IMG/VR virus record: IMGVR_UViG_3300045988_104111
Location: 1-64,000 of that record
Source: a virus
Reading direction: 5' to 3' (one strand)
DNA length: 64,000 nt
A model generated the notes under the pieces. It was not told where the DNA came from. It was given only the letters and a program-made list of their open reading frames with translations, and ran no database searches. The translations under genes were made by a program, and so were the position numbers. Below are positions 1-9,627 of this stretch, piece after piece; position 1 is the stretch's first letter; each line of letters opens with the position of its first letter.

Positions 1-222
1 ATTGACGGGATACAGCACTTTGAGCCTATTGCGTTTAGTGGGGACAAAAAGGACGCAGAAAGACGATTTGAGTTACAAAAAAAACATGATAAATTAAAAC
101 AGATGTATTGTAATGATAATAATATACCATTGCTTAGAATACCATATACCTGGTTTGATGATGAGACATGGAAAGAAAAATTTAATCACTTTATTAAACC
201 GTTAAGGATTAACGATCCTTAA
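1..222 (+). CDS. 3' end of an endonuclease-like ORF (homing-endonuclease candidate) sitting inside the tape-measure gene; 5' end is outside the window
   Basis: Frame 1 is open from the window edge to TAA at 220-222. The C-terminal ...NNIPLLRIPY... resembles C-termini of Vsr/DUF559-type nucleases (recall only). Same frame as the downstream tape-measure-like codons. Confidence 0.4.
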   Translation: MDGIQHFEPIAFSGDKKDAERRFELQKKHDKLKQMYCNDNNIPLLRIPYTWFDDETWKEKFNHFIKPLRINDP

Positions 223-384
223 TGAACACATGCACAGGTTGCCAGAGGGCTTATTACGATTGCGGCAAGAATTGTAAAAAACAAGTCAGCATTAGCTACA
301 TATGGAATACAGGTAGAAGGTGCAAATGGTAAATTAAAAAGCACCTACGATGTTTTAACGGAATTAAAGCCCAAATGGGATTCA

Positions 385-3300
385 ATGAGCGATGCTCAAA
401 AAACTGCTTTGGGCGATACAATAGCTGGCACTAATCAATATAAAGTATTGGCTGCTGTTATGTCCAATATTAACACGGCAGTTAAAGTAAATGAAACAGC
501 GCTATCCTCTGAAGGCTCGGCTATGAAAGAAAATGCTAGATATATGGAGTCTTTTGAGGCTAAATTGTCAGAAATTGATTCAAAATGGCAATCGTTTTCT
601 AATAATGTTGTAAATAACGACTTTGCTAAATTCTTGATGGATCGCATATCAGACATATTAAGCCTTGCTGATACTGGTTTAGGTCAAGTTATAACACAGA
701 TTACATTACTTACATCTCTTGGTTGGGGTGCTACGTCGTTATTAAAAGCGATGAAGATTGTTTCTGCCGCAAAAAAGCAATTTGAAACATTTGGCGCTGT
801 GATATCCCTTGTGAGGGAAGGTTCTGGAACTTTTGCAGAAGCTATTTCCGTAGCTGGTGGTGCTTCTTCAGTAGCTTTACCAGCAATTGCAGCAATAACG
901 GCAGCTATCGTAGTATTGGGTAAGGTTATCCCAGCTGTTGCAAACATGATTGAAGAAGCGATATATAAAGTATCGTACGAGGGTATGGTTGAAGCTTTTG
1001 AAAATGCAACAGAGGAAGCAGATAGATTACAGAATAAGTATGAACAAGCAAAAAATAGACTGCAAGATTTAAACGCTACACAATGGGAAGATAGGACACC
1101 TGAAATTCAAGCTGAAATTGATCGATTGAATAATTTGATTGCAATCTATAAGACGATGGCAGAAGATGCAAACGAAGAAAAAATTAAGGCTGCTAAACAA
1201 CTATTAGGTGCAGCTGAAAAGAAAGGTGTTACTGTTGGCGTTAATGCGGTTTATAACAAATCGTCTATTGGGCCTCAATTTGAATGGATTGAAGAAGATA
1301 CACAAATTGTTGACGCTTTAAATAAAACATATTTAAGCACAAGAGATGCAATAACCCAAGTAGGAGCTGCGATTGGTGGAGTAATTCCTAATATAAAAAA
1401 TTTAACGCAGAAATGGTTGGATGCAGAAGAAGGTAGCAAGGAACAAGCTAATGCGTTAAGTGAGTTAGAGAATGCGCTGCTAAATTATAATATTGTCATA
1501 AAAGAGAACAAGTTAACAACCGCTGAATTTTATGATGAGTTTGCAAAATTACGAGAAGGTGTTAATGGTAAAGGCACTGATTGGGAACATGCCAGATTTA
1601 CAATATTAGCAGAAGCTTTTAAAAAACAATATGATGCGTATAAACTTTTAAAACAAGAAGGACAAGATGTAGACGCAACAGTTGAAAAAACCGCTAAAGA
1701 ATTTGAAATGATGGCAGCTGTTGATTATAAAGTCAGGCATAGCGCAGAATCTACAGCGCAACAAATACATGGGTTGGCTAAAACATATGGAATAACGAAA
1801 GAGCGTGCCGCCGCTTTGATTAGAATGAGCGAAGGTTTAGCAAAATCGTTTACTCATGTAGAGCAAGCATCCCAGGATATGTCATTTATCAATGCTCAAA
1901 TCGGCCTTGCGGAATATGTTGATATGGTGGACAAAGCCATCAATGCTAAATCAAGATTCGATGAGGCAATAGCATCTGGCGGTTTTGATTATTCTTCTGG
2001 TTATGAAGGGTTTGCAGACGTATATTCTGAAATGCAAGGATTGCTAGAAGGCGGTCAAATTGGTGGCAAATTCAGAGTTGGCGCACAACTGCTATTCGAT
2101 GAAAACACGTATCAAAGCTTTATAGATGCCTTAAAAAATAATCTACCTGAAGCTATGCGAATCGCACAAGAAGCTATGTCCAAATTATCGCCCTTGTTTG
2201 GTGATGCTAAAAATTCTGGACTTGGTTTTGTCGATACAATGCAGAAACTAGCCGAAAAGGGCAAATTGGTAGGTGCTACATATAAAGACGTTGATGGGCA
2301 AACAGAGATTACTATCACCAATTTAAAAGAATTGGCTACATCACTTGGCACTAGTGAATCTGGCGTGTTTGCTGCAATTCAGGCATGGAAAGAATTCGGC
2401 ATTAACGCTCAATTAACATCATCTGATTTAATTGGATATTTAAATGACATTGGCGTAGCAACAGAAAACAACAATATTGACATGAACAGTGTTGTTGAAA
2501 AAATGCGTGAGCTTGGAGCTACAGATCAAGATATAATGTCATTGCAGAGCTTATTGCAGAATATGTCTGACGTTACGCTTCAAAATCCAATTAAGGACAT
2601 CGACGATTTAAAAGATGAAGCTGGTAATGCTGATGATGCCGCAAACGATGTATATGATACATTGCAAGGCATAAAAAGCACGACATTTAGTCAAGTCCGT
2701 ACACAGTTAAGTTTGTTGGGCACTAGTTTAGACACTGTTAAGATAAAAGCCAATGATGCCGCCTCTGCTGTTGGCAGTATTGATAGAGCTGCAGGTGGTA
2801 ATAGAGATCGTCGTGTGCATGGCGGCAGAGAACCAGAAGAAAGCGCAAAGGGCACAAGAAGCGCTCGTGGCGGTTTGACGTTAGTAAACGAAGAAGGCCC
2901 AGAAATAATTCAAGAGAATGGCAAACAACGCATAGCCAATAATGGTTTACCAACACTAACCAATGTCAAAAAGGGCGCAGTTATCTATAACGCAAAAGAT
3001 ACGACTGAAATGACTATGCGCAAAGCTGGAATTACTGGCTCTGTAACAGTATCGTCATCTTACCTAAACACGTTGTTTAACAACTATGGATTATCTTCTA
3101 GCGGCTCTAGTTATGCATCGTCTGGTAGCTCATCAGGATATTCATCTTCGCATACATCCTCTGGTTATAGTGGTGGATCATCTAGTGATACAGAAGATGC
3201 TTGGAAAAAAGAATTTGAAGAATGGTTAAAATGGAAAGACCACCAATTAGCTATGGATCAAATTACAGAACAAGCATATTATGACGAACTAAACAAAATG

Positions 3301-4068
3301 AATGAAAAATATTTTGCTAATAGGGCTGAATATTTAGAGGATTATTGGAAATATCAAGAGCAGATTTACAAGTGGCAAAAGGACAAAGAGAAAGACTTGT
3401 TAAATCGGCAACTTGATGATTTAAAGAAACTAAAAGATGCAATAAATGAAAAATACGATGCTCAAATAAGCGCACTTGAGGATGAGAACAAAGAACTAGA
3501 CGACCAATTAAAATACGAAGAATTGCTTGAAAACTTAGCTAAAGCAAAAGCAGAACGGGTTCTTGTTTATAAGGACGGTAGATTCCAATATGTTTCTGGT
3601 GGACAAAGCGTATATGACGCACAGGTCGCACTAGATGCTTATAATCGTGAAAAGGCATTGGAGGAGCAAAAGGAAGAAATAGAAAAGCTTAGAGAGAATG
3701 AGCTTTCTGCCATTTTAGAGCAAGAAGAAAAAATCAACAAGCAATTAGAAGAGTTATCGGACAACAAGGGTTATGCTAGCGGTTCTTTGGGTGTTCGTGG
3801 CGGTCTATCTTTGGTTGGTGAAAATGGACCTGAGTTGCGTGTCTTGAATCGTGGCGACGGTATTGTTCCTGCTGATGCAACGGCAAATATTATGCGATGG
3901 GCAGGACAAAGCCCACGTTCGTTTAAGAGCGGACTTTTAAATGAACTACGGAATAATGTTGGTGGTGTTGTACAACATTTTGAAAATATAACATTGCCAA
4001 ATGTTACAGACATTATGAGTTTTATGAATGAAATGAAGAGATTAAGTAGATACGCATATCAGATGTAG
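385..4068 (+). CDS. tail tape measure protein (distal part; coding-like frame continues upstream to about 229 without a start codon)
   Basis: 1227-aa ORF with long helical/coiled regions and a hydrophobic stretch (ALPAIAAITAAIVVLG). Two copies of the motif RGGL(T/S)LV.E.GPE. Lies upstream of fibre/baseplate-like ORFs. Confidence 0.85.
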   Translation: MSDAQKTALGDTIAGTNQYKVLAAVMSNINTAVKVNETALSSEGSAMKENARYMESFEAKLSEIDSKWQSFSNNVVNNDFAKFLMDRISDILSLADTGLGQVITQITLLTSLGWGATSLLKAMKIVSAAKKQFETFGAVISLVREGSGTFAEAISVAGGASSVALPAIAAITAAIVVLGKVIPAVANMIEEAIYKVSYEGMVEAFENATEEADRLQNKYEQAKNRLQDLNATQWEDRTPEIQAEIDRLNNLIAIYKTMAEDANEEKIKAAKQLLGAAEKKGVTVGVNAVYNKSSIGPQFEWIEEDTQIVDALNKTYLSTRDAITQVGAAIGGVIPNIKNLTQKWLDAEEGSKEQANALSELENALLNYNIVIKENKLTTAEFYDEFAKLREGVNGKGTDWEHARFTILAEAFKKQYDAYKLLKQEGQDVDATVEKTAKEFEMMAAVDYKVRHSAESTAQQIHGLAKTYGITKERAAALIRMSEGLAKSFTHVEQASQDMSFINAQIGLAEYVDMVDKAINAKSRFDEAIASGGFDYSSGYEGFADVYSEMQGLLEGGQIGGKFRVGAQLLFDENTYQSFIDALKNNLPEAMRIAQEAMSKLSPLFGDAKNSGLGFVDTMQKLAEKGKLVGATYKDVDGQTEITITNLKELATSLGTSESGVFAAIQAWKEFGINAQLTSSDLIGYLNDIGVATENNNIDMNSVVEKMRELGATDQDIMSLQSLLQNMSDVTLQNPIKDIDDLKDEAGNADDAANDVYDTLQGIKSTTFSQVRTQLSLLGTSLDTVKIKANDAASAVGSIDRAAGGNRDRRVHGGREPEESAKGTRSARGGLTLVNEEGPEIIQENGKQRIANNGLPTLTNVKKGAVIYNAKDTTEMTMRKAGITGSVTVSSSYLNTLFNNYGLSSSGSSYASSGSSSGYSSSHTSSGYSGGSSSDTEDAWKKEFEEWLKWKDHQLAMDQITEQAYYDELNKMNEKYFANRAEYLEDYWKYQEQIYKWQKDKEKDLLNRQLDDLKKLKDAINEKYDAQISALEDENKELDDQLKYEELLENLAKAKAERVLVYKDGRFQYVSGGQSVYDAQVALDAYNREKALEEQKEEIEKLRENELSAILEQEEKINKQLEELSDNKGYASGSLGVRGGLSLVGENGPELRVLNRGDGIVPADATANIMRWAGQSPRSFKSGLLNELRNNVGGVVQHFENITLPNVTDIMSFMNEMKRLSRYAYQM

Positions 4069-4074
4069 TACCGG

Positions 4075-4115
4075 ATATATAAGAGAGGGTTAAATGCCCT
4101 CTCTTATATATTTTA
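4075..4115 (+). terminator. 15-bp perfect stem-loop plus T-run right after the tape-measure stop; the SD and ATG of the next ORF lie in its 5' arm and loop
   Basis: atatataagagaggg (4075-4089) pairs with ccctctcttatatat (4097-4111). The 7-nt loop ttaaATG is followed by tttta. Confidence 0.5.
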
Positions 4116-5605
4116 TAGAAAGCGGTGATATATTGAACGATAATTTTAATATTTTAAAAACTATGCAAACTGTTGCTAAGACAACACAAAGCAAACTTGA
4201 TTATGATAAGACATATAGAGGATATGTTATATCACAAAACAGTAACGGAAAATATAAAATAAAAATAAATGGGCACATATATGAAAATGTAGACAATCCT
4301 AGTGGGCATACAATATCAAGCGGCGATGTTGTTAGAGTTACCTTCCCACAAAACAATGCGTCTCAATGCTATATTTGTATGGCTTCACAAAGAGATGGGG
4401 TTACACCAACTGTAAAAAGTGTAAACGGTAAAACAGGCGACGTTGTATTAACTCAAGACGATGTTCCAAATGGTAACACTTACGTAAGAACACACAATGA
4501 CTTTACTACAGAAGATAAAGGAGCGATATCAAAAAACGCTCAAGATATTACATCTTTGCAGCAGTCTAAACAAGATAATATAACTGGTGGCGCATCCAGT
4601 ATAACAAGTGTTAACTTGGGTGCAAATAAGGCACTTGTGTCTAACGCATCTGGTAAAGTTGCTACAAGCAACGTGACTAGTACAGAATTAAGTTATTTAT
4701 CTGGCGTTACAAGTAACATTCAAGAGCAGATAGACGCAAAAGTGCCAACGTCTGTATTACCAAGTGACGATTTACCAAAAGCCAATAGCGGAAGTGGCAA
4801 TGCTGGGAAATCTGAAAAATATTCCAGAGGAGACCATGTACATCCAACAGACAATTCTAAATTAGATAAAAATGGTGGAGAGGCAAGCAATTTACTAATT
4901 ATTGATAGTTACACTATGGTTGACCAAAACGGTAATAAGGTTGATGTTAGCCAAATAGACGGCACAATCAAATTTGCTTCAAGCGGTAGCGATCCTAATG
5001 TTGTATTGAAATATGTCGGAGATCCAGTAGATGAATATGACGCGGTTAATTTAAAAACGTTGGGAACAATAGCCGATGAAATCAATACTACTGCACAAGA
5101 CGCTCTAGTTGCGGCACAAGATGCGCAATCAAATGCCAGTTCAGCATTAACGGAAGCGCAAAGCAAAGCCCCGACGAATCATGCCAGCACGGTGACGACC
5201 TACGGCAAGGGCACATTGACGAACTACGGGCACGTCAAGCTCTCGGACTCCATCCTCAGTACCTCCGGCACCGACGGCGGCACTGCCGCGACACCCTATG
5301 CCGTAAAGCTGGCATACGACCTAGCAAACAGAGCCGAAACGAAGCTGCTTGGCGGCAAGAAAATCGTCTGCGGCTGGGATAATGTAGGATATAAAAGCAC
5401 GGGACAGACAAACACCACTATTTCCTTTGGTACGAAGTTTACGGCAAAGCCTACGGTGATAATCGGCCAGCCGTTCAATGGCGCCGTCTGCACGGCTTTT
5501 TATGATTCGGTCACTACAACTGGTTTTACAGTTAATGTTCCTTCGGTTGGCGGCACAACATTAGCATATCGTAAAATGGCTTGGATCGCCATTGGGGATG
5601 TATAA
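4094..5605 (+). CDS. tail fibre-like protein with a compositionally foreign C-terminal tip
   Basis: Fibre-type motifs: HVHPTDNSKLDKNGG, DAVNLKTL, YGHVKLSDS...AATPYAVKLAYD. Sharp rise in G+C from about 5160. Confidence 0.6.
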   Translation: MPSLIYFIESGDILNDNFNILKTMQTVAKTTQSKLDYDKTYRGYVISQNSNGKYKIKINGHIYENVDNPSGHTISSGDVVRVTFPQNNASQCYICMASQRDGVTPTVKSVNGKTGDVVLTQDDVPNGNTYVRTHNDFTTEDKGAISKNAQDITSLQQSKQDNITGGASSITSVNLGANKALVSNASGKVATSNVTSTELSYLSGVTSNIQEQIDAKVPTSVLPSDDLPKANSGSGNAGKSEKYSRGDHVHPTDNSKLDKNGGEASNLLIIDSYTMVDQNGNKVDVSQIDGTIKFASSGSDPNVVLKYVGDPVDEYDAVNLKTLGTIADEINTTAQDALVAAQDAQSNASSALTEAQSKAPTNHASTVTTYGKGTLTNYGHVKLSDSILSTSGTDGGTAATPYAVKLAYDLANRAETKLLGGKKIVCGWDNVGYKSTGQTNTTISFGTKFTAKPTVIIGQPFNGAVCTAFYDSVTTTGFTVNVPSVGGTTLAYRKMAWIAIGDV

Positions 5606-5625
5606 ATATAGGGGGAGGTGAAACA

Positions 5626-6051
5626 GTGACGATTCAAGGAATTGTTTTAGGCAGCTCTGGATTATTGATTGTTATATTGTCATTGATTGAAGTATCTAAA
5701 ATTAAAATAAATCCATGGTCGGCATTAGCAAAAGGAATTGGAAGGGCTATAAACGCTGAGATTATTACAAAGCTAGAAAGCCTACAAAATCAATTAGATT
5801 CACAAATACAACGGTACGAAATGCGTAATGCAAATGAATGTAGAACACGTATATTGCACTTTGACAATGAGATATTACGAGACATACCGCATACAAAAGA
5901 AGAATTTATTGAAGTATTGACAGAGATAGATGGGTATGAAGCGTATTGTAGGGAACATCCACAATATAAGAACAATCGAGCTGTTCATGCTATTGCAAAT
6001 ATCAATGACGTATATAACGAAAGATTAAAAAAGCATGATTTTCTAGTATAA
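5626..6051 (+). CDS. small membrane protein, function unknown
   Basis: GTG at 5626, 9 nt after GGGGGAGGTG. N-terminal hydrophobic helix IVLGSSGLLIVILSLI. The track ORF 5581 start lacks an SD. Confidence 0.55.
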   Translation: MTIQGIVLGSSGLLIVILSLIEVSKIKINPWSALAKGIGRAINAEIITKLESLQNQLDSQIQRYEMRNANECRTRILHFDNEILRDIPHTKEEFIEVLTEIDGYEAYCREHPQYKNNRAVHAIANINDVYNERLKKHDFLV

Positions 6052-6061
6052 AATAAAGGAG

Positions 6062-7195
6062 ATGATGCAATTGGCACTCGTAACACCTAGCCTACAACCC
6101 ATTGCGTCCTTTGATGTTACTGAATCTAAGGACATTACATTTATATCCTCTGGCGGCGACAAGCCCGTTAAGGCGATATTAAATATAAACGTACAAAATA
6201 AAACATATCAAAAATCATATATTTCTAGCGTATCATCTTCAACGTCTGAATATATCATTACGTTGCCAGCAAATTTTTTAACAGGTGATAATTTTGGTAA
6301 CGATGTGACATATGAGATATCTGTTTCGACATATAATTATCAAGGGCAAATTTCAGAAAAATCAAATATTCAAATTGTTACAGCTTATACAAATCCAGAG
6401 ATCGTAATAGTTAGCCCAGAAACTACACATGAAAGTGCGACGCTGACTTGTTCGTTTACATATTCACAAAAAGAAAATGAAAGCATCAATAAATATAGTT
6501 TCCGCCTATTGAATTCTATAGGTACACAATTAGACTATTCTGGTGATATCCTGTATTCTCAAGACAAGTCTTTGTCATATCAATTTAAAACTGAATTGGC
6601 AAATGATGGGACGTATATTGTCGAAGTAAATGTTGTTACAGTTGGCAATACAAATATTATAAAAACAAAAACATTCGTAGCACAATATATTCAAACATCA
6701 GATTATTTCCCTCTTATAATTGATAATAGCGCAACTTGTGAAAACGGCGCTGTTGTTGTAAAATCTGAATTGGTTCTATTTGAAGGTGAGGCTTATCCTT
6801 CGCCACCAATATATATAGACAATGATTATGTTTCTTTGGTAAAGCCTGGTAGTTATGTAATATTTGATAAAGGGTTTGAGATAAACGGCGATTTTGCATT
6901 GATAATAAAATTTAATTCACCAGTCCTTTATCCAGTAAATAAGTACGGCGATGCAGAAAAATCTATTATCGAAATGACTAAGAAAAATGAAGATAGTTAT
7001 ATCATAATAAATGTAGAAGAAGGAATCTCAGATACAAACAAAGTGCGTGCTGAGGTTTGTATAAAAGACGGCCCGTTCTACTATAGAGTATTAAGCGATT
7101 ATATAAATAAAGCTGATGCTACCAAAGATTATAGAGTAGTGCTTAGAAAAATAGATAACTTATGCGATATATCTTTTGAGGTGGTGGATAAATGA
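6062..7195 (+). CDS. virion tail/baseplate module protein, function not assignable
   Basis: 377-aa ORF with AAGGAG upstream, tightly packed in the late operon. Confidence 0.6.
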   Translation: MMQLALVTPSLQPIASFDVTESKDITFISSGGDKPVKAILNINVQNKTYQKSYISSVSSSTSEYIITLPANFLTGDNFGNDVTYEISVSTYNYQGQISEKSNIQIVTAYTNPEIVIVSPETTHESATLTCSFTYSQKENESINKYSFRLLNSIGTQLDYSGDILYSQDKSLSYQFKTELANDGTYIVEVNVVTVGNTNIIKTKTFVAQYIQTSDYFPLIIDNSATCENGAVVVKSELVLFEGEAYPSPPIYIDNDYVSLVKPGSYVIFDKGFEINGDFALIIKFNSPVLYPVNKYGDAEKSIIEMTKKNEDSYIIINVEEGISDTNKVRAEVCIKDGPFYYRVLSDYINKADATKDYRVVLRKIDNLCDISFEVVDK

Positions 7196-8103
7196 TAGCC
7201 TTATGTGGATATGATTTATATTTGGGTATAAATGCATTAAATCCAAATCCTACGGTTAAGAAAACGATTGATTCTGTAAAATTAAGGAACGCCATATTTG
7301 ATTATATATACGGGACATATTCAACGAATATAAATCCAGACGAACCGTTAAAATGGGATTTTTCAACTATAATGTTTGCACAATTTATGAATACACTAAA
7401 CGCTGGCAACTTAACTGAATCTCTTAGCAATATATCTGCCATTAAGGTTGTGCGGTCAGATATTGATACCGGAGATAAAATGATAGTATATGAAAAGACG
7501 ATAAACAGTCCAACAATAGAAGAATTTGACTTTATATTTAAAGATTTTGCAGGCAAAAATGGTGGTAGATACGTATATAGCGTGATACCAATCTTAAAAT
7601 ATGGTGTATCGTTATCTTCTGTGCAAACTGATCCAGTAACAGTGCAATTTAAGAATGTATTTCTATCTGATAACACATATTCTTATGAAATGGTAGCAGA
7701 TGTAAAATATGGTAACGGAACTCAAAAAATCAATGTGGGGACGTTTGAGCCTATTGGTAGAAAATATCCAGTATATATTTCAAACGCTGATACAAATTAT
7801 CAGGCTGGTTCCGTAAGCTCAAAAGTTATTGGCAACTATTTTGATCTTAAAGAATTTAATAAACAAGATATAACAAAGCAAAAAGATGAGATATTAAAAT
7901 TCTTAACGAATAGAAAGCCAAAAATTTTAAAAGATACGAATGGGAATATGTGGCTAATAGCAATTACTGGCGCACCTTCCATAGAATATGATAATAACTA
8001 CAATGCTGGTATTATGAACATATCTTTCAATTTTATGGAAATTGGCGATGCGACAAACGAAAAGGATATGATGGACTGCGGCATTGTTCCATTTACATTG
8101 TAA
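7192..8103 (+). CDS. virion tail/baseplate module protein, function not assignable
   Basis: 303-aa ORF; ATGA overlap with the preceding ORF. Confidence 0.6.
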   Translation: MIALCGYDLYLGINALNPNPTVKKTIDSVKLRNAIFDYIYGTYSTNINPDEPLKWDFSTIMFAQFMNTLNAGNLTESLSNISAIKVVRSDIDTGDKMIVYEKTINSPTIEEFDFIFKDFAGKNGGRYVYSVIPILKYGVSLSSVQTDPVTVQFKNVFLSDNTYSYEMVADVKYGNGTQKINVGTFEPIGRKYPVYISNADTNYQAGSVSSKVIGNYFDLKEFNKQDITKQKDEILKFLTNRKPKILKDTNGNMWLIAITGAPSIEYDNNYNAGIMNISFNFMEIGDATNEKDMMDCGIVPFTL

Positions 8104-8135
8104 GCGATAAAACAAAAGGAGGTGGGTAATCAGAT

Positions 8136-9611
8136 ATGAATAGAGATGTTTATCTGCAATCCGTTAGAAACCAACACATAAAAATTGATATGTTGGAGCT
8201 AGATGCTAAAACTGGTCAATTTATTACAACAGAAGAAATTACAGGGAATGTGCTATCTGGTAGTATATCTATCAATGCAACGTCTGACATTCGTAGAACG
8301 TGCGACATATCTTTAATTGTAACCGATGCGTCGTTCGATATAAGTCCCGGCAGCAAAATATACTTGGATAAATATATTAAGGTACAATGTGGGATTGACA
8401 ATTTTAAAACCGGACAAACGGTATGGGAGAATTATGGTATATATATGATAAATTCTCCAAAGTGGGATTATAACGCAACTACAAATACCATCTCTTTTCA
8501 AGGGGTAGATTTAATGGCGGCTTTAACTGGTTTGAGAAACGGATATTTGCCAGGACTTCCGGTCACAATCCCTCAAGGCAGCTCTGTAAAAGAGGTTATG
8601 ACTGCAATATTAAATGATTTTACGGGATTCAAAAGAAGCGTGATCTCAGAATGTGTAAACGTCGACGGATCAATTCAGGAAGTGCCCTATGATATAGAAA
8701 TAGAGCAAGGAAGTACGGTATATAATATTTTGGATAAGCTTAGGAATATTTTACCAAATTACGAAATATTTTTTGACACCGACGGCGTATTTAGGTATCA
8801 AAAAATACCAACGGGGTCTAACGAACAGATTGTTTTAACTGACGATTTGTTGAAGCACAATTTAATATCTGAGACGATAACTACTGATTTTTCTGATATT
8901 AAAAATGTTATTGTTGTGTATGGTGCAACAAAGGACGTGCAACATTTTTCCACAGAAACAACATTTACAAAGTTAAGCGGCAGTAATTATTTTACAGTAA
9001 AATTTCCATCTATAACAGAAATGCAAGATAACACTTTATATGGATTCGACTTTAATAACACAGCTGCCGGATGGTGCTATTTTACTATTCTTGGAAAAGA
9101 CGATGTAAAAATAGGCGATTATGTATTAGTTGATGAGAATTATCAACAAACCATGTTAAGTGATAAGCCATATACTGAAGTTGGCGAAGCACACCCATAT
9201 GTATTCAAATATGAATCGTCCCATCCAGATTGTGTAATTAGCCTTGGCAATTTACAATCCTATGCAATATCAGAGGACAAAAACAAATATAGTCCATTTT
9301 ATGTATATGGTCCAGTTGGAAAAATAACTCAGGTATTGTGTGGCGGAGAATACGACAATATTATGTCTGATAATCTAGCGCAACAACGAGCCGATTATGA
9401 GTTATGGAAACATACTAGATTGAATGATTCTGTGCAATTTACTTGTATCCCATTACACTTCTTGGACGTTAATCAAGTTATAGAGCATAAACCGCTTGGC
9501 AAGGACGAAGTAAAAAAATATATTGTAAAATCTATAAATGTTGACTTGTCAGAATCAGGGCAACAAACAATAAATGCTATAACGTATTATCCATTATACC
9601 CAAATATTTAA
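8136..9611 (+). CDS. tail/baseplate structural protein (possibly Tal-like N-terminal fold)
   Basis: 491-aa ORF with a strong AAGGAGGTGGG SD. The N-terminus resembles prophage tail-tip proteins (weak recall). Confidence 0.6.
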   Translation: MNRDVYLQSVRNQHIKIDMLELDAKTGQFITTEEITGNVLSGSISINATSDIRRTCDISLIVTDASFDISPGSKIYLDKYIKVQCGIDNFKTGQTVWENYGIYMINSPKWDYNATTNTISFQGVDLMAALTGLRNGYLPGLPVTIPQGSSVKEVMTAILNDFTGFKRSVISECVNVDGSIQEVPYDIEIEQGSTVYNILDKLRNILPNYEIFFDTDGVFRYQKIPTGSNEQIVLTDDLLKHNLISETITTDFSDIKNVIVVYGATKDVQHFSTETTFTKLSGSNYFTVKFPSITEMQDNTLYGFDFNNTAAGWCYFTILGKDDVKIGDYVLVDENYQQTMLSDKPYTEVGEAHPYVFKYESSHPDCVISLGNLQSYAISEDKNKYSPFYVYGPVGKITQVLCGGEYDNIMSDNLAQQRADYELWKHTRLNDSVQFTCIPLHFLDVNQVIEHKPLGKDEVKKYIVKSINVDLSESGQQTINAITYYPLYPNI

Positions 9612-9627
9612 ATAGAGGTGATAAGAA

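Noticed and set aside
435-4013. Minus-strand track ORFs inside the tape-measure gene (435-656, 684-947, 2112-2351, 2738-2956, 3771-4013). Similar antisense or nested ORFs occur inside dnaE, nrdJ, the helicase, recJ-like, the MBL nuclease and the RNAP.
   Set aside because: They lie entirely within longer, motif-supported ORFs on the opposite strand or in another frame. They have no SD sequences and biased or low-complexity composition.
5150-5605. GC-rich fibre tip as the variable region of a diversity-generating retroelement.
   Set aside because: The window contains no reverse transcriptase ORF and no second (template) copy of the segment. The compositional break fits module exchange better.
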